Positions 49,308-63,210 of a stretch of DNA of 64,000 bases are shown here, one piece after another. The DNA is from Octopus sinensis (Eukaryota): positions 32,240,001 through 32,304,000 of the forward strand of contig NC_043017.1 of the NCBI RefSeq assembly GCF_006345805.1, given 5' to 3'. Under the pieces are notes generated by a model. It was not told the origin of the DNA. It was given only the letters and a program-made list of their open reading frames with translations, and made no database searches. The position numbers and the translations under genes were made by a program. Position 1 is the first letter of the stretch; every line of letters starts with the position of its first letter.

Positions 49308-49705
49308 ACTCTTTTACTCTTTTACTCTTTTACTTGTTTCAGTCATTTGACTGTGGCCATGCTGGAGCACCGCCTTTAGTCGAGCAAATCGACCCCAGGA
49401 TTTATTCTTTGTAAGCCTAGTACTTATTCTATCGGTCTCTTTTGCTGAACCGCTAAGTTACGGGGACCTAAACACACCATCATCAGTTGTCAAGCGATGT
49501 TGGGAGAGACAAACAGACACACAAACACACACACATATATACAACAGGCTTCTTTCAGTTTCTGTTTACCAAATCCACTCACAAGGCTTTGGTCGGCCCG
49601 GGGCTATAGCAGAAGACACTTGCCCAAAATGTCGCACAGTGGAACTGAACCTGGAACCATGTGGTTCGTAAGCAAGCTACTTACCACACAGCCACTCCTA
49701 CGCCT
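49308..49705 (-). mobile_element. SINE A
   Basis: Consensus match. Confidence 0.9.
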
Positions 49706-50567
49706 GCATGTATAGTTTCCTGTTAAACTTTACTATGTGGTTCTTCAAGGTGGTTCCTATGCTAGCCCCTATTGCATGTGCAATCATTCCTTTCACCTCA
49801 TTGTGGTTATTGAAGTCTTGAGTGGATATGGTTCAACCACTCCAGCGCTCTGCAGTGCTTTTCTTCTCTGCTGAGGTGATGGTGGGTGGTCTTCTCTGTG
49901 ATTTGGTGGGGCAGAATCTTCTAATATCGTGGTTGTACTGAACTTTGGTTAGAGACAGTGAACTACAGAGTACAGCTCCTTCACTCCTATTATATGAAAC
50001 CCATAGCTTCTAAATATATTGTTCGAGAGAGAGAGAGAGAGAGGAGTGGAAGGGAAATAGGCAAGGTATTATGATGTGAATGCAGTTCTGAAGTTGTGTA
50101 GCCAGAAAGAGATTATTTGAGACTTAACAAGAAACTTAGAGATTGTTACACTTAGTAATATTAATAATAATAATAATAATATCTAAACAAAATACTGAGG
50201 AACATATGAAAAGAAAAAAAAAAAAGAAAAACAGGAAGATAAAAAAAACAAAAACATTGTTAATGAAAGCATTTAAAAGTATCATCAGCTTTGCTATTCT
50301 TCATTTTTGTGAATATTGCTGAGTTTTTCATTTTCCTTTTCTTTATTTAATTTTGTATGTGAAGAGTGAGACGGCAATCGGAAAATTTTCAATGAATATA
50401 AAGTTCCACACATAAACATACTTTGCACAGGCATGCAGGCAAGGAATGTCAATTCCAGCAAAGAATAATTGAAATCCTGATCCTGTGTGTATATGTGTGT
50501 GTGTGTGGGCATATATGTACATACTTACGTGTACATACATATATACACACACATATATATATAAAAT

Positions 50568-50606
<39 letters not shown>

Positions 50607-50698
50607 TAAATATATAAAATATATATATATATAAAATATATATATATATATATTATATATATATATATGTTATATATATATGTATATATATAATATGA

Positions 50699-50738
<40 letters not shown>

Positions 50739-50862
50739 TAAGTATGTATGCATATATGCAGACGTGCATATATATATATATATATATATACACACATGCA
50801 CAAATACATAATTGCAAATATATTTATTTAAAGTTGAATTTTTAATAATGACGATGATGATT

Positions 50863-50893
<31 letters not shown>

Positions 50894-53107
50894 CTTTTAA
50901 TAATGATAATAATAATAATAATAAAAAAAAAAAAAAACAGCAAAGATAATAATTGAATAAATAGAATGACATGGAAACATTTAATAAGTTGTGAATTGTT
51001 ACCTGAAAAATAAAAATGAAATTAAATAATTAAAGAAACGGTTAATTTTCATTTCATTTGACGAGAGCAAGTATGACATTTGTTGCTTTTTTTTTACTCA
51101 GCCTTTTTTTTTTTTTACACAACAACTTATTTTTTCAAGAGGTAGACAACGAGCATTATTTTTTTCTGCCTTTTTATTTTATATTTCTTTCTTTATAATT
51201 AACTTCATTCAAGAAAAAAGAATGCACTTTCTCCGTCTTTAATGTGAATCCTCATCTTTTGTTTAAATAGCTAAAAGTATTTTTTTTCTCTCACTTCTGT
51301 TTCCTTTATTTTACTTAATATATATATATGTGTGTGTGTGCATGTATGTGTGTATGTGTATATATGTATGTATATATGTATGTATGTATGTATGTATATG
51401 TATATATATATAATACATGTGTGTGTGTATAAATATATATATATATGTATGTATGTATGTGTACTTATATATGTGTCTGTGTGTATATATGTATGCATAT
51501 AGTATATATTATATATATATTGCATATATATATATATTTATATTATACATATAATATAATATATATAAACATATTTATACATATATATAAAATATATATA
51601 TATTATATAAACATATATATATAATATATATATATATATATACGAGTGTATATATTTGGAAGAGGGGGTTTTTTTTTTCATGGCTATATAGAAAAGAAAC
51701 AGAAAAAGGTGTAAATTAACAATGGCTAGAAATTGAGAATAGAAAAGACTTAAATTTCATTTACAGATTTATAAAGAAAAAGGAACTTTTTTTTTTGGTT
51801 TTTTTTTTTTACAAAGAAATTATTACAAAACATTAAAATTGTAAAAACAATGGGAAAGATTTCTACACTCCTCATTTTCTTTTTAAAATGGGTGAATTAC
51901 ATTACTTTTTTTTCATGTCATCGTGTATTTCTTCAAATTTTCATCTTTTCAATATTTTCTTTGCTACTTTCTTAACTCGGAATTCTTAGATCATGATTTA
52001 GTTTTTGTTTCCTTCTGCATTCAATACTCTGCCTTATTGAATTACAATTTTAAATAACCATTTTTTTTAACGAAGATAGAACTGAAGAGTTTAATTGTCT
52101 TCCTTTGTGTGTGTGTGTATGTGGATGCAGTTGTGTGTTCTTTTCATTTTTTCTTCCTTTCAATTGCCAGCAGGTAGTTTTAGTTGATCCTCATTTCAGT
52201 GGTACTCAAAAATGTATCTTATGTATTGTAAACAAACTTAACTTGCATAACTTTAACATTTTTAATAATTTACTGCCTTATCAACACAACTCTACCACTA
52301 CACCGCCTTCACATTATCGTCGCTTCCACCACTGCCACACCACCCCTACCAAAACAATCACTATTTATACAACACTACCATCACCTCCACTACACCATCA
52401 ATATCACCACCTTCTAATTCCCTAAGTTTAGATGAGACTCTCAAAAAACTGCTACTATATTTGGGAGGAGGATGCTGCTATATATATAGGCTACCACCAC
52501 CACCACTACCACCAATATAACCATTACTACTACTATCACCTTTATAACTACACCCGTATTATATCCATCATCACCATCTCCATCACGATTACCTCCAACA
52601 TCACCATTACCACCAAATTTATTTTAATTTCTACCAATGACAACACCTTTATAATTTATTACTATACCATCAAAAATAAATATAAAACTCCTTTATGTTA
52701 ACCCTTTGGATTTTAGATATTAGGGCTTCTATCTAATCTTTTAACACTGGGATGGGGGATGTGGTCAATGAATGTTATCAACTAGCCCCCCTCTTCTGAA
52801 ACATTTTCAGGTGTTGTGTCTATTAGTAGAAACAATACTTAAACTGTTGCAAAATGGCAACTGGCAGAAAGATCTGGAAAGAATTCCAGTGGGTGAAGTT
52901 TTGAAAAGGAAGGACTTGACTCAAAGGTTAGCAGGAGATCTGGACAGGTAAACAGAACATTAGTAATGAGAAAAGTTAAGACATATGAGTCAAGACTTCC
53001 TAAGTGAACCATCCATCTCTGAGGTATAAAACAGCATAGATGTAGAAGCTGAAGGATTTAGAGAAAACAATACATGTGTGGGCCAAAGAATGGAGCATGT
53101 CTGTGAC

Positions 53108-53272
53108 TGATTTAATATCATCATCATCGTTTAGCGTCCGCTTTCCATGCTAGCATAGGTTGGACGGTTCAACTGGGGTCCGGGAAGCCAGAAGGCTGCA
53201 CCAGGCCCAGTCTGATCTGGCAATGTTTCTACAGCTGGATGCCCTTCCTAACGCCAACCACTCCATGAGTGT
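53108..53272 (-). mobile_element. SINE C 3' part
   Basis: Consensus match. Confidence 0.85.
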
Positions 53273-53289
53273 AGTAATAATGATATTAT

Positions 53290-53720
53290 AATAAGGAAAT
53301 TATTGTATACAGTGCTCAGGTGCACCACAACTTGTCAGAAAAGTGTTTAAAGTATATGCAGTAATGTACAAATATCTGGAAAGTGAACAGTGTATGAGTC
53401 AGAGACATGCTTGAGTGTGTATGGAGTGGAGAACATTAGGTGTAGTGTTGGCGAATCTCAGGAAGCATGGAAGTTTTGAAGGATGCAGTGCTCCGACATC
53501 TAACAACTGATGCCGGCAGTTTGTTCCATGCTTCAGCAACTCAGCGTGAAAAAATGTTTCCGAAAGTCATGGGAGCTGTGCTGTTTTCTGACTTTGTAAA
53601 CATGTCCACAGGTGTTAGACAGGTGGAGTTTGAAAAGGTGCTCAGAGTTATTGTTTGTAAGATGGTTAATAATTTTATGGGTGTCTGCCAAGTCAGCTGC
53701 CAGACGTTGGAGTTTCAATG
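53290..53720 (-). mobile_element. CR1/L2-group LINE 3' end
   Basis: Highly similar to 26195-26640. Confidence 0.85.
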
Positions 53721-55984
53721 TATCCAAGCCCAGGGAAATAATTAGATGAGTGGCTTTCTTAATGGATATGATATAGAGGGTGGAGCTGGGGTAATTATCT
53801 TCATGAGTTTTAATCAATTATATTGATCTTGGTACTAAAGGGGGGCGGGGGGCAACTAGAGTCGATGTAGAAATTTGGCATATTCTAATTGATTAAAATT
53901 AGACTTTTAATCCTGTGATACTATTTTTTTCTATGAAATTCAATCTTTATTTCAATCAATTTTTAAAACAATGAAAAATTTAATAAAATAATTTTGTCGT
54001 TTTCTTTAAGCTCGTGTTAGAGACATAAAGTGAAACTTTGGTGGAATTTTTTGATTTTAAACACTTTAAGAAATGGATTTTGTATCACAGAACTTGAGGC
54101 AGTCCAAAGCAGGTTGGTGTCAGAAGGGCTAACAATAAGTTAGATCCATTTCAAGATAAGTGAGACAATTCCAAAATATTGATTTGAAATTTTGGCACAA
54201 GGCCAGCAATTTCTGGGGAGCGGGGGGATAGGTCGATTACATTGACCCCAGTGTTCAACTGGTACTTATTTTATTGACCCTGAAAGGATCAAAAGGCAAA
54301 GTCAACCTCGACAAAATTTGAACTCAGAACGTAAAGACAGATTCTGATGTATTTGGGGGGAGTAATTTTCAATTTTTTTTTTTAGGTGTTTTATAATGTA
54401 ACACACTCACGGGTAAAATTTCCACTTATTTCTTATTTTCCTAAAATTTTCGTTGCATAAAGGATTCCACGAGACCTGAAGAAGATCTCTTATTTGTCTC
54501 ATTTATAAAGATTAATATAGAATTTCAAAGAGGAATAATGGGAGACAAAGTATTATGAAAAGAGGATATCAAAACCAACACCACCATAACTCCTTGAATG
54601 ATCGCATTATTTTATGAAACACATCCATCTTCCACAAAAAATAGGAAATCACGCTCTCAGTAACATATATTAACACACACACACACACACATGGGTGTTC
54701 TATACTATTCAGTAAGTAATGTTTGGCTTGTTGGTTTTACTTTTTATCATTCTTGAAAGATGGATGATGTAGTTGACTCACTCATTTACATAATTGTGAA
54801 ATAGAGAAAAAAAATATTTCATATGTAGATATATATATATATATATATATACATACATGCACACACATATATGTACGCATGTATATATTTTATATATATA
54901 TATACATTTATATATTATACTATATTTTATATATGTATATGTGCGTGTGTGTGTGTGTTTGTGTGTGCATGTAAAATTTTCATATATACATATTTATATA
55001 TATCATATTATATTTTGTGTATATAGAGATAGATAGATATCCATATATGTGTATATATTTATACTGATGTGTGTGCACATATATATATATGTATGTATAT
55101 GTATATGTAAATATATATATATGTGTGTGTGTATGTATATGTATATGTGTGTGTGTGTGTGTGTATGTATGTATATATATATATAATATATTATATATAT
55201 ATATATATATACATATGTATGTAAACATACATATACTTATATATATTATATTATACTCTATATATATGTATGTATAAAGGTTGGAAAGTTTCAAAAGCAA
55301 ATATGTAAAAACCAAATAAAACATACTAAAAATTTTTTTTAAAACCAAGAAAAAAAATGCTGTTTTATGAAATATGAAAAATGACACAAGAATGTCTCAA
55401 ATTTCTTTGGAAACTAAAAGAATGCGAGCCAATTGTCAGGAATAATGATAATCTAATACTAAAGGAATTGCTATGTAACAATAAAACATTGATAAGAAAT
55501 TTCACATTTTTATTATTTTGAATTTTTAAATAATTTTTTTTAGATATATTTGCACTTTTTAAAAAGGTAAACTAAAATAATTCAATGTTGTAATTCATGA
55601 AAAAAACAAAAAAAAAAAAAACGTAAAAATAGTTAAAGGTAAAAAAATGGTTTCCTGTCATTCCCAAATTAGCTAAGTTATCTATAACTATACAAGAGCG
55701 TGCTTGTGTGTGGGTTTGTGTGTGTTTGTGTGTGTGAGTGTGTGGATGGTAAATGTGTGTGTGTATGTGTTTGCAAGTGTGCAAATATAAGAATGAATAT
55801 AATTATATTGAACATATTGTGATTACTTCTCTAGTCATGTACAATATTGGGAGAAGAAAAAAATAAGGAAGCACTACATTTAACACTCATGTTTAAATAC
55901 ATGTCATCATGAATGCCTCACTCTTTCTATTTCATGATGTATGTGTGTGTGTGTGTGTGTATGTGTGTGTGTGTGTGTGTCTGT

Positions 55985-56094
55985 GTGTGCGTGCGTATAC
56001 AAGGTACATATATAAAATATGTGTGCAATATATATATATATATATGTGTGTGGGTGTGTACGTATACAATGTACATATATAAAATATGTGTGCA

Positions 56095-56134
<40 letters not shown>

Positions 56135-56169
56135 ACGTATACAATGTACATATATAAAATATGTGTGCA

Positions 56170-56207
<38 letters not shown>

Positions 56208-56242
56208 ACGTATACAATGTACATATATAAAATGTGTGTGCA

Positions 56243-56276
<34 letters not shown>

Positions 56277-56311
56277 ACGTATACAATGTACATATATAAA
56301 ATGTGTGTGCA

Positions 56312-56353
<42 letters not shown>

Positions 56354-56388
56354 ACGTATACAATGTACATATATAAAATGTGTGTGCA

Positions 56389-56421
<33 letters not shown>

Positions 56422-56666
56422 GGTGTGTACGTATACAATGTACATATATAAAATATGTGTGCAATATATATATATATATATATGTGTGTGGGTGTGTACG
56501 TATACAATGTACATATATAAAATATGTGTGCAATATATATATATATATATGTGTGTGGGTGTGTACGTATACAATGTACATATATAAAATGTGTGTGCAA
56601 TATATATATATATATATGTGTGTGGGTGTGTACGTATACAATGTACATATATAAAATATGTGTGCA

Positions 56667-56697
<31 letters not shown>

Positions 56698-56997
56698 GTG
56701 TGTACGTATACAATGTACATATATAAAATATGTGTGCAATTATATATATATATAATGTGTGTGGGTGTTACGTATACAATGTACATATAAAAATATGTGT
56801 GCAATATATATATATTATATGTGTGTGGGTGTGTACGTATACAATGTACATATATAAAATATGTGTGCAATATATATATATATATGTGTGTGGGTGTGTA
56901 CGTATACAATGTACATATATAAAATATGTGTGCAATATATATATATGTGTGTGTGGGTGTGTACGTATACAATGTACATATATAAAATATGTGTGCA

Positions 56998-57028
<31 letters not shown>

Positions 57029-57072
57029 GGTGTGTACGTATACAATGTACATATATAAAATGTGTGTGCAAA

Positions 57073-57110
<38 letters not shown>

Positions 57111-57145
57111 ACGTATACAATGTACATATATAAAATATGTGTGCA

Positions 57146-57190
<45 letters not shown>
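55985..57190. repeat. Composite minisatellite, 17 units of about 62-78 bp
   Basis: Constant core GTACGTATACAATGTACATATATAAAA(T)ATGTGTGCAA plus variable (TA)n and (TG)n. Confidence 0.95.
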
Positions 57191-57193
<3 letters not shown>

Positions 57194-57345
57194 ATAATCA
57201 ATATGGGTAAATATAAATGTACATAAAATACACATCGAGACAATGATTCAAATAACCAGATAAAACCCAGGGTTTTAATGTACAGAATACATTTGCATGT
57301 ATACAGGAACTAGACTTAAACAATCAAGTATAAATATATATATAT

Positions 57346-57630
57346 GGGCGCAGGAGTGGCTGTGTGGTAAGTAGCTTGCTTACCAACCACATGGTTCTGG
57401 GTTCATTCCCACTGTGTGACACCTTGGGCAAGAGTCTTCTGCTATAGCCTCGGGCCAACCAAAGCCTTGTGAGTGGATTTGGTAGACGGAAACTTGCCCA
57501 GTAACGGGGACATAAACACACCAGCATAGGTTGTCAAGCAGAAGACACTTGCCCAAGATGCCACATAGTGGGACTGAACCCGGAACCATGTGGTTGGTAG
57601 GCAAGCTTCTTACCACACAGCCACTCCTGC
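57346..57630. mobile_element. Inverted pair of SINE A fragments
   Basis: + strand head at 57346-57493, then a rearranged - strand copy at 57500-57630. Confidence 0.8.
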
Positions 57631-58408
57631 AACTGTTTATTTTTCTAATAGACTTGTAGATTATCCCTCACTTGGAAACAAGCAATGGTTAGCAATAGGA
57701 AAGGAATCCTGTCACAGGAATCTCAGCCCCAAACATACTCTCATCTGACCCTTGCATGCATGAACTTGCTATTAAAACAATGATGATGGCGATGGTGAGG
57801 ATGGTGATGATGGTGATAACAATGATGATGACGGCTGCATTCAGTGTTCTGTCATTTCTGCCAAACTGATATTAAATATTAAACCCGAGTTATTAACACC
57901 AAGTGGGATCAACATTCATTAATCATTAGTTTTCAAATTGCGTTCGCCCAAACATTCAGTCATCCATTTTTTTTTAGGAAGACACAGTAAACAATTTTTT
58001 ATAAACATTTGGTACTGAAATGGCATAAAGTCAGTTCTGATGATTTATCAACATGCCACTTTCTTTTTATTTGTGAGTTTCTATAAATATGTAGCTTTTC
58101 TGAAATCAAATAACAATATATTATAGCCATTGACCTTGATGTTGTAATAATAGCATTAATTTATGTATGTATATATATATTGGTAAAACGGTAAGATAAA
58201 AAAAGAAAGAAAGAGACCTCAATATTATGTAAATAGAGGAAATTTATCTATAAAATAATATGTTACAATTACTCGATAGTCAAGATAAAACTCTGAGTTT
58301 CAGATGCCGAAGTGGGAATCCACAACGTCATCTCTTCGGTTATCTGGCTATTTGAAAACGCTATGAAAAAATATCTTGACTATTGAGTAATGTAACATAT
58401 TATTTTAT

Positions 58409-58448
<40 letters not shown>

Positions 58449-59156
58449 TACTACTAATACTCGCTATAGGGACAGGTAACCACTATAAGATGTAGTGGAG
58501 AACAGTTCACACGTGTGCTGAGGCTGACCAAAGGATTTTATTTTTAGATATATCTGGGGTACTTGTATGTACTCATGATTTTTGCTCCGGCTTTTTTCCA
58601 TGGGCACATGTAAGTATCTTATTTATATCCTTTCGTATTTTCTACTGAAGAGGAAAAAATCTATTATGAGATTAATTCCAAAATTGATTCAATATAGAAA
58701 TAACGAACTTTAAAAAAAAATTCTATTGGCTGGCTTTCCTCGATTTCAGCTCTACGTGTTTTCTGTAGCGAGTAAATAATATGTGGAAATTGACGATTTA
58801 AAAGTCTGTTATCAGCATATTGGCTTAGAAATAATTTTCTTTAGCCCTTATTTATAAGTTGTATATAAATATATATAATATTTTACATTTAAACACAAGA
58901 GAAAACTACCTTTAATAGGTGATTTTTACATGCTAGAAGAAGCAGTCAAAATGAGGAAAACCACATTTTAAGAGGAATTTTTGAAGGAAACAAAAAATAA
59001 AAACTTTTACCTTGTTATTTTTTACGGTCATACCTAGGTTTCAAATTATTTTAGCAAATGAAATAATTTGCTAGGCAAATCCTCATCAGTAACCGTGCCT
59101 TAACAATTAACATATAATTTTGCATTCTTGTTCCATTTTGTATTTTTATATTTACA

Positions 59157-59187
<31 letters not shown>

Positions 59188-60569
59188 GTGTATATATATG
59201 TAAATATAAAAATACAAAATGGTACAAGAACACAAAACATCCAGATAGACAATACAAAGAAAACAAGGACTGGTTATTTGGAGTTTTCTTTCCTCAGTTG
59301 AGTTCCAGATTATCTTTGCAATTTCATAACATCAGGGACATGTAGAGGGGAGTTTGGACTTGTGCCTTGGAGGGTAACTGTTTAGGTGCAATCCTATGGT
59401 CATTCATGACTGAAGGTGCACTCTGAGAGAGATTATATGACAGAGTTTATATGACATTCAAAGGCTGTCTCCACTGACCTTAAATCTCTTACTTCATTAA
59501 TCTCTTGATGTTCCTGTTTATGTGAAAGTTTTCAGTTGATGTCAGGATCTTGGAGGTTTTAATGTTTATTATGGAGTGAGTTTCCTCCACAGACCAATCA
59601 AGTATCCCAAATTTCGTAAGAGAAGAGTTCCAACTGTCATATTTTTCTAAGTCTGGTGTAATATTCTTGGGTCACTCTATATTTATTCCCAGCACATCCA
59701 TATGATTTATTTTCGTCAATGCCTAGATATTTTTACATCATTCATTGTGTGAAACGGAGGAATATTGAGATCAAGGAAGCACATGTTTTGGGGTCTGTGA
59801 GACTGAGGTTTTATTTTCACCATTCAAATATGAACTTTTTCTTTTTTGTTTTCTACCAAATTCCATTCGTTTGTCAGCTGAAGATGTTATTAACTTCAGC
59901 TGTTTTTTGACATTGTCAACCTTTTTAGCATAAATCTTCATTTACAAAGAAATTATGGATAATATTAATATCTTTAACAGTTTGCAGACCCTAGCATTAG
60001 CCATTTGATTTTTGCGGCAGGAATGATAATGGATTTAACGCTAAAATGAACGGAATTACGGAAAGATTATCTTCTTGCAATATTTTCTTTGAAATATTCA
60101 TAACATTGGAGACAATCATTCTGTTCTTAGTTGTAAATGTAAGAATTGTTACCCAGGTCTTTATACACCTTTCAAAGGCAGCAACTAAGATAACAGGTGC
60201 TTTTATCAAATGTTGATGCCTAAGCAGCCGTGAGTGAGGAAAATAATGTGAATGCTTTCTTATAATTAAACCAATCTGTCACAAGGCTTCTATGGTGTTT
60301 TCTTACTTCAGACAGCTTTGTTGATTAAAAGTTGTTTAGCACAACCCCACACTCCTTGCTTTACACCTGTCTGTTCATCATTCAGTATGCTGTGGAACTC
60401 ACAGCAATCCTGGTGGAATTGGTTGAGGCAGATTGCATACACTTTCTACATAATGTTTAGGCAAGCAATGAGCCTATGTTTTTCTGCCCTGGACACAAGC
60501 TTCGTCCATGCTATAGCAAGCTAATTTGGTGCCGTAATCTGACCTTTCATAGGCCTAGCACCAAGTGAT

Positions 60570-60776
60570 CATGGCCGTTGGCAGCCTCCCATGGCACCTG
60601 TGCCGGTGGCACGTAAAAAGCACCCACTACACTCACGAAGTGGTTGGCGTTAGGAAGGGCATCCAGCTGTAGAAACACTGCTAGATCAGACTGGAGCCCG
60701 ATGCAGCCTCCTGGCTTCCCAGACCCCAGTCAAACAGTCCAACCCATGCTAGCATGGAAAACGGACGTTAAACAAC

Positions 60777-60810
<34 letters not shown>
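60570..60810 (+). mobile_element. SINE C
   Basis: Consensus match with (GAT)n tail. Confidence 0.88.
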
Positions 60811-60952
60811 TTCCTGTAAAATGTCAGCCTCTTGTACCAAAATCTAACTATTAGGTCACTTCTAGCTGCCTTCTCATCATGCAGTTCCCCTACAGCTATA
60901 ATGAAAGCTTCCAAGTCACTTGTGTATGTCTCATTGTCGATATTGGTACAGT

Positions 60953-61361
60953 TACGTTTATATATATGTTTTGAAAGATTCTTGTTGTGAAATCGTGTGT
61001 TGAAACAGATATTGTTGTATTTAGGAATGGTCATTTTGCCAGTTTAGCCAATAAAAACACACGCACTATATATTTGGTGTTACTTTGCTTGAGCATTATT
61101 TACTTTTTACATTAATCTTAATATTATTTCGGCCAGAGTTCTTTGCATGGCTGACCGTTAGTAAGGAGAGACACACAAATAAGAAAGAAGAAAGCAAAGG
61201 ACCACTGATGAGGTCACAGAAGTGTGACGAAAGAACTCTGGCCGAAATAAGATTAAGATTAATGTAAAAAATAAATAACGCTGAAGCAAAGTAACACCAA
61301 ATATATTGTGCATGTGTTTTTATTGGCTAAACTGGCAAAATGACCCTTCCTAAATACAACA
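60953..61361. mobile_element. Penelope-like fold-back insertion (~135-bp inverted arms) with hammerhead motif
   Basis: Arms 61008-61144 and 61230-61366; TSD ATATTGGTACAGT at 60940-60952 and 61362-61374. Confidence 0.7.
61199..61243 (+). ncRNA. Minimal type I hammerhead ribozyme motif
   Basis: GGACCA-CTGATGA-G-GTCACA-GAAG-TGTGAC-GAAA-GAAC-TC-TGGCC: intact core, 6-bp stem II, CCA/TGG stem I, predicted cleavage after C61238. Confidence 0.65.
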
Positions 61362-61584
61362 ATATTGGTACAGTATTTAGCTACCATGCATTAAGGTTGA
61401 AATCCCTGTTCACATTTCAGATTTTGCACCAGAACGGTTCAAGATTTTCTTTTGAAGTGGGATCGGATGCTTTCTTAACAGTAAAGTTTTCCTTCTGCAG
61501 ATCTATGATTTATACTGGTTTATTCAAAATACTTGCCAGCAGTTGCAGAGATTTTCACCTAGCTTCCAATTTCATGCTTTAGAG

Positions 61585-61781
61585 CAGTGGTTACCAAACT
61601 ATGAGTCACGACCCACAGATGGGTCGCGAACGGAATCTTAGTGGGTCGCAAAAAGTTATAAAATTACACATTAGCTTTGATAAACTGCAGTCTATCGAGA
61701 TACTCAGTAGAGTGAAGTGGGTCGTCATAAACTGGTGTGATAAATAGTGGGTCGCAACTCTAAAAAGTTTGGGAACCACCG
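61585..61781. mobile_element. hAT (Charlie/Buster-type) MITE, 197 bp
   Basis: TIRs CAGTGGTTACCAAACT and AGTTTGGGAACCACCG; 8-bp TSD CTTTAGAG (61577-61584, 61782-61789); five internal TGGGTCG motifs. Confidence 0.88.
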
Positions 61782-62093
61782 CTTTAGAGAAATTAGCTTC
61801 CCCCACAAGAGCTTGGTGTGGAAATTCACCACAGAGTTTTGATAATTCATGCATGAAATATAACCGGTGATGTGTAACCTTATTCCTTTTATGTTTCATT
61901 GTGATTAACCATCCAATATGGGGGCATAAAGTGTTGATGTCTTCAATTTTTGTTTTCCATCTAGCTGGCTTCTGTTTAGTAGTTTCATTTCACGTATACC
62001 ATAGATTACATTTATACTGCAGATTTCTCCTAGTTTTTCTCTAAGAGTGATATCGGTTATATGTATGAGGGTATAAATATTCCTGTAATTACC

Positions 62094-62504
62094 TATTTCA
62101 TTACTACCCACAAGGGGCTAAACAAAGAGGGGACAAACAAGGACAGACAAACGGATTAAGTCGATTATATCGACCCCAGTGCATAACTGGTACTTTATTT
62201 ATCGACCCCGAAAGGATGAAAGGCAAAGTCGACCTCAGCGGAATTTGAACTCAGAACGTAGCGGCAGACAAAATACCTATTTCTTTATTACCCTCAAGGG
62301 GCTAAACATAGAAGGAACAAACAAGGACAGACATAGGTATTAAGTCGATTATAACGACCCCAGTGTGTAACTAGTACTTAATTTATCAACCCCTAAAGGA
62401 TGAAAGTTGACCTCGGTGGAATTTGATCTCACAATGTAACGACAGACGAATTACCACTAAGCATTTTGCCCAGTGTGCTAACGATTCTGCCAGCTCACTG
62501 CCTC
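62094..62504 (-). mobile_element. SINE B dimer
   Basis: Two bodies and one head; 15-bp TSD ATTCCTGTAATTACC at 62079-62093 and 62505-62519. Confidence 0.92.
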
Positions 62505-62917
62505 ATTCCTGTAATTACCATCACATGACACAATTCCATGTGTTCTCCAGGAACATTGTCAATATCTTTCAACATTAGAGCAGTTGGATTTTTCCATAAT
62601 CTTTTTAAGAATGGCCTATATCTCAATGATAGCTTCAAGAAAGTAGAAAAATTTCCAACAAACTGTGGTTTCATTTCAGGAAGTTTCTAATTTGCATACA
62701 TTCCACAATCGTCTCTGTTGACTCAGCTACATTTGGAGATACACAAGGACTTCGTGGTGGTCGCCGTGGTTGGTTTGTGTTATTTTTAATCTCTTATCTG
62801 GCAGATTTTGGCTAGTTCTCAGTCTTTTGATTAGATTGATTAGCATCACAAAAGTAAACCATTTTTATGAATGTATATAAGTATGTAAGCATGTGTGTTA
62901 TGTATCTATGTAACTAT

Positions 62918-63089
62918 AGGCGCAGGAGTGGCTGTGTGGTAAGTAGCTTGTTTACCAACCACATGGTTCCGGGTTCAGTACCCCTGTGTGGCACCTTGGG
63001 CAAGTGTTTTCTACTATAGCCTCGGGCCGACCAAAGCCTTGTGAGTGGATTTGGTAGACGGAAACTGAAAGAAGCCTGTCGTATATATG

Positions 63090-63173
<84 letters not shown>

Positions 63174-63210
63174 TGTGCGTGTGTGTGTGTGTTTGTGTGT
63201 CTGTGTTTGT
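62918..63210 (+). mobile_element. SINE A 5' part, 3' end replaced by other repeat sequence
   Basis: Consensus match up to GTGTTTGTCC. Confidence 0.85.

Noticed and set aside
55985-57190. Repeat-spacer-like array resembling CRISPR (also SINE B multimers and SINE C internal repeats)
   Set aside because: The spacers are simple repeats rather than unique sequences, there are no cas genes, and the DNA is eukaryotic.
60037-60215. Open frame NDNGFNAKMNGITERLSSCNIFFEIFITLETIILFLVVN with hydrophobic end
   Set aside because: The opposite strand is equally open, the acceptor is weak and I recognise no homology; not supportable as an exon.
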